A DNA stretch of 64,000 nt, taken from Pseudomonadota bacterium. Its GTDB lineage: Bacteria; Pseudomonadota; Gammaproteobacteria; Burkholderiales; Burkholderiaceae_D. The stretch is from the NCBI GenBank assembly GCA_040755875.1, contig JBFLZJ010000023.1, positions 4,977-68,976 on the forward strand, given 5' to 3'. Positions 9,713 to 19,328 of the stretch are shown piece by piece (the stretch's first letter is position 1; every line of letters begins with the position of its first letter). The notes below the pieces were generated by a model. The model made no database searches. It was not told the DNA's origin and worked only from the letters and a program-made list of their open reading frames with translations. Both the position numbers and the translations under genes were made by a program.

Positions 9713-10582
9713 ATGGAAGCCCTGGTGACGGTGTCCCTGATCGTGGCCGCGCTGCTGCTGGCCTGGGCGGTGCCGCGCTGGCGCCTGCGGCGCGCGCTGT
9801 CGCGTCCGCTGCCGCCGGGCGCCCTGGCCACCATGGAGCGCAACGTCGCGCAGTACCGCGGCATGGACGCCGCGCAGCGCGCCCGCCTCGAACGCCTGGT
9901 GCGCCGCTTCCTGCACGAGAAGACCTTCGTCGGCTGCGCCGGGCTGGAGGTCACCGACGAGATGCGGGTGACGGTCGCGGCCCAGGCCTGTCTCTTGCTG
10001 CTGGGCACCCGCGGCGAGGCGGTCTACCCGACCTTGCACTCGGTGCTGATCTATCCCGGCGCCTTCCTGGTGCCGCGCCGCCAGGTCGACGAGGCCGGCG
10101 TCGTGACCGAGGAGCGCCAGGACCTGCTGGGCGAGTCCTGGGGCGACGGCCGCGTGATCCTGTCCTGGGACCACGTGCAGCGCGCCGACAACGAGGAGCC
10201 GCCCTCGCATAATGTGGTCCTGCACGAGTTCGCCCACCAGCTCGACAGCGAGTCCGGCAGCACCAACGGCGCGCCCTACCTGGGTAGCGCCGAGCGCTAC
10301 CGCAGCTGGTCGGAAGTGCTCTCGCGCGACTTCGCGGCGCTGCGCCACGATGCCTGGTTCGGCCACCGGGGCGTGCTCGACCACTACGGGGCCACCAACC
10401 CGGCCGAGTTCTTCGCCGTCGCGACCGAAGCCTTTTTCGAGCAGCCGCACCGGCTGGCCGAGCGCCACGGCGCCCTGTTCGAGGAATTCCTGAAGTATTA
10501 CCGGGTCGATCCGCGCGCCTGGAGCGCGCCGCCGGCGCCGGAACCGGCATTCCACGGGATGGTCTACGGGCAATGGCAGTAA
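9713..10582 (+). CDS. mtfA: MtfA-like zinc-dependent peptidase
   Basis: HEFAHQLD (HEXXH) and YGATNPAEFFAVATEAFFEQP motifs. Confidence 0.9.
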   Translation: MEALVTVSLIVAALLLAWAVPRWRLRRALSRPLPPGALATMERNVAQYRGMDAAQRARLERLVRRFLHEKTFVGCAGLEVTDEMRVTVAAQACLLLLGTRGEAVYPTLHSVLIYPGAFLVPRRQVDEAGVVTEERQDLLGESWGDGRVILSWDHVQRADNEEPPSHNVVLHEFAHQLDSESGSTNGAPYLGSAERYRSWSEVLSRDFAALRHDAWFGHRGVLDHYGATNPAEFFAVATEAFFEQPHRLAERHGALFEEFLKYYRVDPRAWSAPPAPEPAFHGMVYGQWQ

Positions 10583-10704
10583 GCGTCTGTCCGGCGGGGA
10601 GCGCGCTTCCCGCCGAGTCCGGTCCTGAACTGCGTGCGTTTGCGTACAGAATATGCAGCCCAGCAGGAGCATGCTTCGGATAACCATCGATGCAGGAGAA
10701 TTCC

Positions 10705-11259
10705 ATGTCCACCATCATTGCAGGGCACTTCCAGCTCCAGGACGAGGTCGATGTGGCGCGCCGCGCCCTGGCCGACGCCGGCTTTCCGTCCGAGCGCATC
10801 AGCAGTTTCTACCTGAGCCAGGCCGGCCAGCACGACCTGACGCCGATCGGCGGCGACAACCAGCTCTCGCCCGGCGCCAAGGAAACCCCGGTCGGCGTCG
10901 TGCAGGGCTCGGCCACCGGCGGCGCCGTCGGCGCGGTGCTGGGCGCGGCCACGGCGCCGGTGACGGGGCCGGCAGGGCCGATCGTCGGCGGCCTGGTCGG
11001 GGCGCACGTCGGCTCGCTGTTCAGCTTTTCCAAGATGAAGGAAGCCGGCGAGCAGGAAGAGGGCGGCCGCGCCCCGGTCGAGCAGCGCATGGCCGGGATG
11101 CTGGTCGCCGTGGCCTTCGACGACGCCAACCTGGAGGGACGGGCCGTCGAGGTGCTGCGCAAGCTCGGCGCGCGCCAGATCGAGCGCGCGCGCGGCAACA
11201 TCGTCGATGGCGACTGGGCCGACTTCGACGCCTCGGTCCCGCCCGAGATTCTGCATTGA
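10705..11259 (+). CDS. Glycine-zipper-containing putative general stress protein
   Basis: GSATGGAVGAVLGAA...GGLVGAHVG zipper; AGGAG RBS. Confidence 0.7.
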   Translation: MSTIIAGHFQLQDEVDVARRALADAGFPSERISSFYLSQAGQHDLTPIGGDNQLSPGAKETPVGVVQGSATGGAVGAVLGAATAPVTGPAGPIVGGLVGAHVGSLFSFSKMKEAGEQEEGGRAPVEQRMAGMLVAVAFDDANLEGRAVEVLRKLGARQIERARGNIVDGDWADFDASVPPEILH

Positions 11260-11279
11260 AGCGCCTTACCTGAAGACGT

Positions 11280-11382
11280 AGAGCGCCTAACCAAACCTCC
11301 ATAGCGGCGTTGCAGCTCCGCGCCGTACATGTGTACTGTCTTCGTCGCCGCGCCTTGCTCTGAAGGTTTTGTTAGGCGCTCT
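11280..11382. mobile_element. MITE-like element with 19-bp terminal inverted repeats
   Basis: agagcgcctaaccaaacct (11280-11298) and aggttttgttaggcgctct (11364-11382), one mismatch; non-coding interior; TA/TTA flanks. Confidence 0.55.
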
Positions 11383-11520
11383 TAGCTGACAGCTTTGCGT
11401 CTTGCGTGGCCACAAAGCCACGCTCTTCTGTGCCTTTGATCCAGCTCAAAGTTCCCCTGGCCCCCGCTCCTAGACTTGTCGTTTCCGGCCGGGTGGCCGC
11501 GTTTGACAAGGGGAAAAGAC

Positions 11521-12267
11521 ATGGAAGAAAAACGAGTGGCGCTGGTGACGGGTGGCATGGGCGGCCTGGGCACGGCCTTGTGCCGCCGCCTGCATGATGC
11601 GGGCTTCACGGTCGCACTGACCTATTCACCAAGCAATACCACACCTGAAGCCTGGCTGGCGGCCCAGCGGGACGAGCACTACCGTTTCACCGCCTATCAA
11701 CTCGACGTGACCGACTTCGATGCCTGCGCCGCCACGGTGGCGCGCATGGTGGCCGAACTGGGCCGTGTCGACGTGCTGGTCAACAATGCCGGCATCACGC
11801 GCGACCGCAGCCTGCGCAAGATGACGCTGGCCGACTGGCGGGCCGTGCTGTCGACCAACCTGGACAGCGTGTTCAACATGAGCCGCGCGGTGATCGAGCC
11901 GATGACGGCGCAACGCTGGGGGCGTATCGTGAACATTTCCTCGGTGAATGCGAATGCGGGCGCCTTCGGCCAGGCCAATTACTCGGCGGCCAAGGCGGGC
12001 ATGCATGGTTTCACCAAGGCGCTGGCCCTGGAAACGGCGCGTCACGGCATCACGGTCAACACGGTCTCGCCGGGCTACCTGCGCACCAAAATGGTCAGCG
12101 CCGTGCCGGAAGAGATCATGCAGACCAAGATCCTGCCGCAGATCCCGGTGGGGCGCCTGGGCGAGCCTGACGAAGTGGCGGCCCTGGTGGCTTACCTGGC
12201 TTCGGATGCGGCCGGCTTCGTGACCGGCGCCGACATCGCCATCAACGGCGGCCAGCACATGCGCTAG
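11521..12267 (+). CDS. phaB: Acetoacetyl-CoA reductase (SDR)
   Basis: TGGMGGLG, NNAG, YSAAK and SPGY motifs; C-terminal INGGQHM typical of PhaB. Confidence 0.88.
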   Translation: MEEKRVALVTGGMGGLGTALCRRLHDAGFTVALTYSPSNTTPEAWLAAQRDEHYRFTAYQLDVTDFDACAATVARMVAELGRVDVLVNNAGITRDRSLRKMTLADWRAVLSTNLDSVFNMSRAVIEPMTAQRWGRIVNISSVNANAGAFGQANYSAAKAGMHGFTKALALETARHGITVNTVSPGYLRTKMVSAVPEEIMQTKILPQIPVGRLGEPDEVAALVAYLASDAAGFVTGADIAINGGQHMR

Positions 12268-12270
12268 CCT

Positions 12271-12645
12271 CTAGCGCTTCTCGGCGCGCGTCTGACAGCC
12301 GATGCACAGGCGCGCTTCGGGGCGCGCCTGCAGCCGCGAGTAGCCGATGTCGTTGCCGCATTCCTCGCACATGCCGTAGCTGCCGTCCTCGAACTTGGCC
12401 AGGGCATGGCGCAGCACCTGCATCTGCGCGGCATTGTGCCCCGCGGCTTCCAGCGCAAGATCGTTCAGGAGGCGCACGGTGGCCTTGTCGGCCGGGGAGG
12501 TTTCGATTTCCGGGACGGGGAGATCGTGTCCGTCGCCGGCCTGTGCGTCGGCAACACCGCTCAGCGCATTCAGGCGCGCCTCGAGCGTGGCGCGCAATTG
12601 CGCCAGCTGACCCTGGTCCAGGGCGGCCATGGCGATCGCGGCCAT
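12271..12645 (-). CDS. TraR/DksA C4-type zinc-finger protein
   Basis: DGSYGMCEECGNDIGYSRLQARPEARLCIGCQ; coiled-coil tip SPADKA. Confidence 0.88.
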   Translation of the reverse strand: MAAIAMAALDQGQLAQLRATLEARLNALSGVADAQAGDGHDLPVPEIETSPADKATVRLLNDLALEAAGHNAAQMQVLRHALAKFEDGSYGMCEECGNDIGYSRLQARPEARLCIGCQTRAEKR

Positions 12646-12801
12646 GTCAGTCCCACAGCGCGCCGGACGCCGGCGCGCTTCTCCCAATCTGTTGGAACGA
12701 AGGAAAGCGGTCCATCGCACACTCCCCACATGAATGCCTTGTGGGTTCAGTGTAGCGCGATGCGCCCGGGATGAACATGGGCGCACGCGCGCCGCGCGGT
12801 C

Positions 12802-13350
12802 CTAGCTGGTCTTGGCGGCAGGGGCGGGGGGATTGGTGGCCTCGATGGCTGCCATGTGGGTGCGGATCTTGTCGAGCGCCATGATGATCGGCGCGGCCTG
12901 GCCGGTTGCGGCCGCGCCCGCCAGGTGCAGCAGGCCGGCGACCAGGCCGGCGACGTCGCCGATCCGGGTGATCTTGCGTATCTTCTCGGCCGCCTCGGTG
13001 GTCAGGGCGATCACGCCCTGCTGCGACTTGCCGAGCGACTTGACGATGTAGGTGGCGGCATCGGCATACAGGCCGTTGGCGCGCTGGCGCAGGATGACCT
13101 CGTCTTCCAGCAGCGCGCGTGCGGCGGCCTGGACTTTCTCCGGGACTTCCCGCCCCTCGTAGGCGCGGATGTCGCGCATGATGCGCTCGTGGAGCTGGTC
13201 CGCGCAGGCGGAGAGCTGGTCGGCCAGCTCGACTATCTGGTTCACGCTGGCAAGGCCACTTTGGACCTGGCCGCCAGTGGCGGGCGCCACGGCCGGCGCC
13301 GCCTCGTCGTTCGTGGCGCCCGCCGGCGCCGCCTTGGTGTCGTCTTCCAT
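12802..13350 (-). CDS. Hypothetical alpha-helical protein
   Basis: Codon-biased ORF 16 nt downstream of the lipoprotein gene; hydrophobic VAGLVAGLLHLAGAAA segment. Confidence 0.65.
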   Translation of the reverse strand: MEDDTKAAPAGATNDEAAPAVAPATGGQVQSGLASVNQIVELADQLSACADQLHERIMRDIRAYEGREVPEKVQAAARALLEDEVILRQRANGLYADAATYIVKSLGKSQQGVIALTTEAAEKIRKITRIGDVAGLVAGLLHLAGAAATGQAAPIIMALDKIRTHMAAIEATNPPAPAAKTS

Positions 13351-13366
13351 ACCGCCTCCGCAGATA

Positions 13367-14227
13367 TCAGTCGCCCGACAGGCCTTCGCGGATCATCCGC
13401 AGGTCCCGTCCGTAATTGCCGAGCATGCGCCGCACGTCCGCCTCGGACAGCTTGTGCAGGTTCTCGCGCAGCTTCTGGTGCCCGAGCGCGACTTTCGTCA
13501 GGCCCTGCAGCGCCAGGTCGTAGCGGCGGTCGATCAGCTTGTATTCGCTCGACTTGTTCAGGTAATGCACCTTGGCGAGCGTGACGAGCATGCGGTCGCT
13601 GCTCCTGGTGTTGAACGGCAGCTCGACGTCGAAGATGCCCAGCACGGTCTTCTTCTCATTCTCGTTGGTCTTGTAGTACAGGCGGGTGAGCGAGATCATG
13701 GCTTCCAGCAGGGTCTGGACGTCGGCGTCGCCGTCGCGCACCATGGTTTCCACGCTGCGGTTCTGGTAGCCGGAGGCGATCACCCGCGTCAGCAGGCGCG
13801 TCAGGCCGGTGTAGGCGGCGATGTGGCGCTGCTGCAGGCCGGAGTCGGTATTCGCCTTGAGGCCATTGCCCAGGTCGTCGATGCGCTCGGACAAGTCGTA
13901 GCGCGTGTCGCCGGCCAGCAGGCTCAACGTCTGCATGTAGAGCACGACGGCTTTCTGGACGCTGACGAAGTCCTCGTACACGGCGCGCCGCTTGGCGTCG
14001 TTCTCGCGCGCGAGCTTGTCGGCGCTGGCGGGGAGGTAGGGCTGCTCGCGTTCGTAGGTGTCGCGGTAGCGCCGCGACAGCTCGGAATAGCCGCCCAGGC
14101 GCGCCGAGGCGTCGGCGAATTCGCGCACTTCGGTCAGGCTGACCGGGCCGCCGGTGCTGGCGCAGCCGCTCAGCAGCAGACCGGCGCCCAGCAGGGCGAT
14201 CGCGGCAAGGTGACGAAACATCTTCAT
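13367..14227 (-). CDS. Hypothetical lipoprotein
   Basis: Lipobox LLLSGC; AGAGGAG RBS before MKMFRH. Confidence 0.75.
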   Translation of the reverse strand: MKMFRHLAAIALLGAGLLLSGCASTGGPVSLTEVREFADASARLGGYSELSRRYRDTYEREQPYLPASADKLARENDAKRRAVYEDFVSVQKAVVLYMQTLSLLAGDTRYDLSERIDDLGNGLKANTDSGLQQRHIAAYTGLTRLLTRVIASGYQNRSVETMVRDGDADVQTLLEAMISLTRLYYKTNENEKKTVLGIFDVELPFNTRSSDRMLVTLAKVHYLNKSSEYKLIDRRYDLALQGLTKVALGHQKLRENLHKLSEADVRRMLGNYGRDLRMIREGLSGD

Positions 14228-14313
14228 GGGGTCTCCTCTGAACGGCGAAGATGCCGGTCGGAAAGTCCCCATTTTGGCAAACGCCGCCGCGAGCAGCGTT
14301 GCAGTTGGTCAAC

Positions 14314-14679
14314 TCAAGAGACCTTCTTCAGGTCGAAGTGCGGATTTTCGATGATGCCGAACAGGTTGCCGTAGGGATCGCGCACGGTGGCGACCTTGAT
14401 GCCTTCGCCGACGTCGGCCACCGGCGACTCGACGGTCGCGCCCAGGCCGACCAGCCGCGCCACCTCGGCCTGGGCGTCCGCGGCGCCCCAGTAGGCGGTG
14501 GCGCCGGCAGTGCCCGGCACGCCGTCGGGCACCAGGCCGAGTTCGAAGCCGCCCACCTCGAAGCCGACGTAGAAGGGCTGGTCGAAGTAGGGCGCCTTGT
14601 CGAGCACGCGCCCATACCATGCGGCCGCCTCGCTCAGTTCGGTAACTGGATAGATGACGGTGCGCAGTCCCTGGATCAT
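14314..14679 (-). CDS. VOC/glyoxalase family protein
   Basis: MIQGLRTVIYPV...AAAWYGRVL...ATVRDPYGNLFGIIEN; AGGAG RBS. It is the real 3' part of track ORF 14314..15414. Confidence 0.88.
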   Translation of the reverse strand: MIQGLRTVIYPVTELSEAAAWYGRVLDKAPYFDQPFYVGFEVGGFELGLVPDGVPGTAGATAYWGAADAQAEVARLVGLGATVESPVADVGEGIKVATVRDPYGNLFGIIENPHFDLKKVS

Positions 14680-14738
14680 GCCGGTCTCCTTATTGTTAAG
14701 GAAGCAATCGTGCCAGCAAGCCCGACGCTTGTCAAAGT

Positions 14739-15542
14739 CTAGCTCCGCCGTTCGACCGCCGCCGGGCCGGCCAGTTCGGTGCGCCAGCGCAGGCCTTGCG
14801 CGGTGTCGCCGCGCGGCGTGTACTCGCAGCCGACCCAGCCGCCATAGCCGAGCTCGTCGAGCAGGCGGAACAGGTAGGGATAATTGATCTCGCCCGTACC
14901 CGGCTCGTGGCGCCCGGGCACGTCGGCCAGCTGGATGTGCCGGATCAGGGGCAGGAGTTCGCGCAGGCTGTTGGCGAGGTCGCCCTCCATGCGCTGCATG
15001 TGATAGATGTCGAACTGCAGGAAAAGGTTGTCGGCGCCGCATTCGGCGATGATGGCCTGGGCCTGGCGCGAGCCGGTCAGAAAATAGCCCGGCATGTCGC
15101 GGTCGTTGATCGGCTCGATCAGGAGGGCCAGGCCATGCTCCTTCAGCCTGGCGGCGGCATACTGGAGATTCGAGACATAGGTGGCGTGGGCGCGCTCCTG
15201 CGCCACATTCGGCGGAATCTTGCCGGCCATGCAGTGCAACTGTTTCACGCCGAGTTCGTCCGCGTAATCGAGGGCGAGTTCGACGCTGTCCTGGAACTCC
15301 TGGATGCGGCGCGGATCGCAGGCCATGCCGCGGTCGCCGGCCGCCCAGTCGCCGGGCGGGAAATTGTGCAGCACGAGCTGGAGGTCGTAGCGCGCCAGGC
15401 GCCCCGCGATCCATTCTGGTTCGCAGGCGTAGGGAAACTGGAACTCGACCGCGTCGAAGCCGGCGTCGCGCGCCGCCGCGAAGCGGTCGAGGAAGCTGAG
15501 CTCGGGGAAAAGCGTGCTCAGGTTGGCGGCGAATTTCGGCAT
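14739..15542 (-). CDS. hyi: Hydroxypyruvate isomerase
   Basis: MPKFAANLS..., LIEPIN, FDIYHMQ, HIQLADVPGRHEPGTGEINY and GCEY motifs. Confidence 0.92.
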   Translation of the reverse strand: MPKFAANLSTLFPELSFLDRFAAARDAGFDAVEFQFPYACEPEWIAGRLARYDLQLVLHNFPPGDWAAGDRGMACDPRRIQEFQDSVELALDYADELGVKQLHCMAGKIPPNVAQERAHATYVSNLQYAAARLKEHGLALLIEPINDRDMPGYFLTGSRQAQAIIAECGADNLFLQFDIYHMQRMEGDLANSLRELLPLIRHIQLADVPGRHEPGTGEINYPYLFRLLDELGYGGWVGCEYTPRGDTAQGLRWRTELAGPAAVERRS

Positions 15543-15650
15543 GGGGCTACTCGCATGTTGACAGTCCGCTATCGTAGCATTCGTGTGGCGAAGCTGCCGG
15601 AGACGCTCAATTGTGCGTGCGCGTGACGCGCAAGACGCCGATGCGTTGAC

Positions 15651-15843
15651 CGTAGGGTGGGCACCCTGTGCCCACGCGGAAGCTTGCGTCGTGTTTGCTG
15701 AGCAAGAACCCGGAGAGCCGCGTGTCGCCGGCGTCATTTGGGGATGCTCCGCGAACGCCGAAGGGGAAGGCATCCGATGTCGCCGCGTTCATGAGTTAAC
15801 GTAGCGTTACTTTCCGCGTGGGCACAGAGTGCCCACCCTACGG
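15651..15843. repeat. GTAG-family REP doublet
   Basis: cgtagggtgggcaccctgtgcccacgcg (15651-15678) and inverted copy ccgcgtgggcacagagtgcccaccctacgg (15814-15843). Confidence 0.88.
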
Positions 15844-15860
15844 TTCTCGATGCTGACAAT

Positions 15861-15899
15861 AAAAAAAGGACAGGCCGGCATGACCGGTCCTGTCCTTTT
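15861..15899 (-). terminator. Rho-independent terminator of rhlE (possibly bidirectional)
   Basis: aaaaaaaggacaggccgg-catga-ccggtcctgtcctttt. Confidence 0.8.
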
Positions 15900-15918
15900 G
15901 ATGTCGCGTTAGCGCCGC

Positions 15919-17334
15919 TTAGCGGTCGCGTCCACCCTGGCGCGGCGCGGCGCCGCTGCGCGGACCACGGTTGCCGTTGCCGGAGCGGTTGCCGCCGCCG
16001 TTACCGGCGGGACGTGCGCCATTGCCGCTGCCGCCCGCTGGACGGCCGCCGTTGCCGGCGCCCGCGCTGGCGCTACGTTGGCCCTGGCCCTGGCCGCCGC
16101 GGCTGCCGCCTGGACGGCCGCCGCGGTTGGCGTGGCCCGGCGCGCCGCTGCGCAGCTGGATCGGCTGCGGCTTGGCGTTCAGGTCCGGCTCGAAGCCCGG
16201 GATCACGTGGCGCGGCAGGGTCTGCTTGATCAGCTTCTCGATGTCTTTCAGCATCTGGTGCTCGTCGACGCAGACCAGCGAGACCGCCTCGCCGGTCGCG
16301 CCGGCGCGGCCGGTGCGGCCGATGCGGTGCACGTAGTCTTCCGGCACGTTCGGCAGGTCATAGTTGACCACGTGCGGCAGCTGGTCGATGTCGATGCCGC
16401 GCGCCGCGATGTCGGTCGCCACCAGCACCTGCAGGCTGCCGTCCTTGAACTCGGACAGGGCCTTGGTGCGCGCCGACTGGCTCTTGTTGCCGTGGATCGC
16501 CATCGCGCCGATGCCGTCCTTGCCCAGTTGTTCGACCAGCTTGTTGGCGCCGTGCTTGGTGCGGGTGAAGACCAGCACCTGGTTCCAGCTGTTTTCCTTG
16601 ATCAGGTGGGCCAGCATCGGGTGCTTCTTGTCGCGGTCGACCGGGTGGATTTTCTGCGAGATCACCTCGACGGTCGAATTGCGGCGCGCCACTTCGATCG
16701 AGGCCGGGTTGTCCAGCAGGCGGTCGGCCAGGGCCTTGATGTCGTCCGAGAAGGTGGCCGAGAACAGCAGGTTCTGGCGCTTCGGCGGCAGCAGGGCCAG
16801 CACTTTGCGGATGTCGTGGATGAAGCCCATGTCGAGCATGCGGTCGGCTTCGTCGAGCACCAGGATCTCGATCTTCGAGAGGTCGATCGTGCCCTGGCCC
16901 GCGTGGTCGAGCAGGCGGCCGGGGGTGGCGACCAGGATGTCGACGCCTTGCTTGAGCAGCTTGATCTGCGGGTTGATGCCGACGCCGCCGAAAATCACGG
17001 CCGAGTTCAGGTTGGTGTACTGGCCGTAGAGGCGCACGCTTTCTTCGACCTGGGCCGCGAGCTCGCGGGTCGGGGCCAGGATCAGGGCGCGGATGGCGCG
17101 CGGCGCGCTCTTGTTGCGCAGTGCCGAGCCGATTTTATCGGTCGACAGGCGCTGCAGCAGCGGCAGGGTGAAGCCGGCGGTCTTGCCGGTGCCGGTCTGG
17201 GCGCCGGCCAGCAGGTCGCCGCCGCCGAGCACGGCGGGGATCGCCTGGGCCTGGATCGGGGTCGGCGTGGTATAGCCTTGCTCAGTAACTGCGCGAACAA
17301 TAGCGTCGGACAAGCCGAGGGTAGCAAATGACAT
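15919..17334 (-). CDS. rhlE: DEAD-box RNA helicase RhlE
   Basis: Q-motif, [21 protein letters not shown] and HRIGRTGR motifs; Gly/Arg-rich tail. Confidence 0.95.
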   Translation of the reverse strand: MSFATLGLSDAIVRAVTEQGYTTPTPIQAQAIPAVLGGGDLLAGAQTGTGKTAGFTLPLLQRLSTDKIGSALRNKSAPRAIRALILAPTRELAAQVEESVRLYGQYTNLNSAVIFGGVGINPQIKLLKQGVDILVATPGRLLDHAGQGTIDLSKIEILVLDEADRMLDMGFIHDIRKVLALLPPKRQNLLFSATFSDDIKALADRLLDNPASIEVARRNSTVEVISQKIHPVDRDKKHPMLAHLIKENSWNQVLVFTRTKHGANKLVEQLGKDGIGAMAIHGNKSQSARTKALSEFKDGSLQVLVATDIAARGIDIDQLPHVVNYDLPNVPEDYVHRIGRTGRAGATGEAVSLVCVDEHQMLKDIEKLIKQTLPRHVIPGFEPDLNAKPQPIQLRSGAPGHANRGGRPGGSRGGQGQGQRSASAGAGNGGRPAGGSGNGARPAGNGGGNRSGNGNRGPRSGAAPRQGGRDR

Positions 17335-17483
17335 AAATTCTTCTGGTAAGGTTGATTCCGCCGCCGGCGCAAGCGGCGCCAGGATCGGATGGGGCAGTCG
17401 ATGCCGACGGCGCGTCATGCGCGCGCCGTTTGGGACCACGACTGATTATAGTGAATTTGTTGCGCTGTGGAAATACGAGTGCG

Positions 17484-17512
17484 AAAGGCCGCCGACATGC
17501 AGTCCGGCGGCC
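17484..17512 (-). terminator. Probable terminator of suhB
   Basis: ggccgccg...cggcggcc stem with a short A-run on the plus strand. Confidence 0.5.
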
Positions 17513-17542
17513 GTCAACCCGCTATTTTACGCGAAGTCGCAA

Positions 17543-18331
17543 TTACGCGAACGGCACCATCAGGGGCACCATCTGCGCGAACACCTTCGGGCCGGCGGCA
17601 ATGATGTCGCCCTTGTTCAGGTATTCGGACTCGCCATTGAACTCGCCGACGATGCCGCCGGCTTCGGTCACGAGCAGCGAACCTGCGGCGATATCCCAGA
17701 TTTTCAAGCCCTTCTCGAAATAACCGTCGACGCGGCCGGCGGCCACGTTCGCCAGTTCCAGCGCGGCCGAGCCGGCGCTGCGCACGCCGTGGCAGCGCGA
17801 GGCGACCACTTCGTACATGCGCAGGTATTCGGCCAGCGCGCGCGGGTCCGGACCATGGCCGGCCGACAGCAGGGCCTTGCCGATGCGGTCGTGGTTGCGC
17901 ACGCGGATGCGCTTGTCGTTCAGGTAGGCGCCGGCGCCCTTGGTGGCGGTGAACAGGTCGTTGCGGACCGGGTCATAGACGACGGCCTGGGTGATCACGC
18001 CGCGCTGCTGCAGCGCGATCGAGATGCAGTAGTTCGGGTAGCCGTGCAGGAAGTTGGTGGTGCCGTCGATCGGATCGATGATCCAGACGTATTCGCTTTC
18101 GTCGTTCAGGTTGCGCGACGGGCCCGATTCTTCGCCGAGGATGGCGTGGTCGGGGTAGGCTTTCAGCAGGGTTTCGACGATGGCTTGCTCGGAAGCCTGG
18201 TCGACGTCGGTGACGAAATCGTTGTGTTGTTTTTCCGAGACGGTAATACGGTCGAGGTCGAAGGACGCGCGGTTGATGACGGTGGCGGCGCGGCGTGCGG
18301 CCTTGATGGCCGTGTTGAGCATTGGGTGCAT
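17543..18331 (-). CDS. suhB: Inositol monophosphatase / Nus factor SuhB
   Basis: [15 protein letters not shown] and WDIAAG motifs; divergent from trmJ, as is typical. Confidence 0.93.
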   Translation of the reverse strand: MHPMLNTAIKAARRAATVINRASFDLDRITVSEKQHNDFVTDVDQASEQAIVETLLKAYPDHAILGEESGPSRNLNDESEYVWIIDPIDGTTNFLHGYPNYCISIALQQRGVITQAVVYDPVRNDLFTATKGAGAYLNDKRIRVRNHDRIGKALLSAGHGPDPRALAEYLRMYEVVASRCHGVRSAGSAALELANVAAGRVDGYFEKGLKIWDIAAGSLLVTEAGGIVGEFNGESEYLNKGDIIAAGPKVFAQMVPLMVPFA

Positions 18332-18499
18332 GGAGGCTTTTTCCGTAATTAAATGCTGACGCCCACGCGCAATCGGCGCCGTGAACCGTCGGAGTACAAG
18401 AGTGAATTATAAAGAGCAAAGCGGCGCCGAACCCGTTAGAATTCCGGCCCTTGATGCCGAAAACCCAATGTTCGTCGCCGCGCGATGACGCTATTTTAA

Positions 18500-19258
18500 A
18501 TGAACCCGCCTGATTCCGACATCTCTCTTTTCAAACGACTGCGTTTCGTGCTGGTCGAAACCAGCCGCGCCGGCAATATCGGCTCGGTCGCCCGGGCCAT
18601 GAAAACGATGGGATTTTCCGACCTGGTGCTGGTCGCGCCGCGCTGCGAAGATCCCCTGAACGACCCGGAGGCGGTGGCCTTCGCCAGCGGCGCGACCGAC
18701 GTGCTTGCCGGCGCGCGCATCGTCGGCAGCATCGGCGAAGCGCTCGAGGGCTGCAATTTCGCGGCGGCAGTGTCGGCGCGCCTGCGCGAGTTCTCGCCGC
18801 CGATATGGACGCCGCGGGCCTTCTCCGCCCACGTGGCCGGGCAGAGCGAGCTGCACCCGGCCCTCATCCTCGGCAACGAACGCGTCGGCCTGCCGAACGA
18901 GATCGTCGAGCAGTGCAATGTGCTCATCAATATCCCGGCCAATCCCGCTTACTCGTCGCTCAACCTCTCCCAGGCGGCCCAGGTGCTGGCCTACGAATGC
19001 CGGATGGCGGCCGTCGGCGACGAGGTCGACAGCCGCGGCGTCGGCTTCCAGGGCGACGCCGCCAGCCTGGCCCAGATCGAAGGCATGTACGCCCACCTGG
19101 AAGAAGCCCTGGTGGCGGTCGGCTTCCTGAACGCGAACAACCCGAAGAAGCTGATGCCGCGCCTGAAGCGCCTGTTCTCGCGTACAGGGCTCGAGACCGA
19201 AGAGGTCAACATCCTGCGCGGCATCGCAAGCCAGATCCTGAAGCGCCAGGGCAGGTGA
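18500..19258 (+). CDS. trmJ: tRNA/rRNA SPOUT methyltransferase TrmJ
   Basis: VLVETSRAGNIGSVARAMKTMG, GNERVGL, YSSLNLSQA and EVNILRG motifs. Confidence 0.92.
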   Translation: MNPPDSDISLFKRLRFVLVETSRAGNIGSVARAMKTMGFSDLVLVAPRCEDPLNDPEAVAFASGATDVLAGARIVGSIGEALEGCNFAAAVSARLREFSPPIWTPRAFSAHVAGQSELHPALILGNERVGLPNEIVEQCNVLINIPANPAYSSLNLSQAAQVLAYECRMAAVGDEVDSRGVGFQGDAASLAQIEGMYAHLEEALVAVGFLNANNPKKLMPRLKRLFSRTGLETEEVNILRGIASQILKRQGR

Positions 19259-19328
19259 GGGGGGCCGGGCAGGGCTGTGCGCCCGGCGCTATACTGATGT
19301 GCATTGCCCTCACACCGAAGGAGTCAGC

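Noticed and set aside
17335-17480. Structured leader upstream of rhlE as a riboswitch or ncRNA
   Set aside because: GC-rich hairpins are present, but no recognisable Rfam-type consensus could be identified by eye; an Infernal search would be needed.
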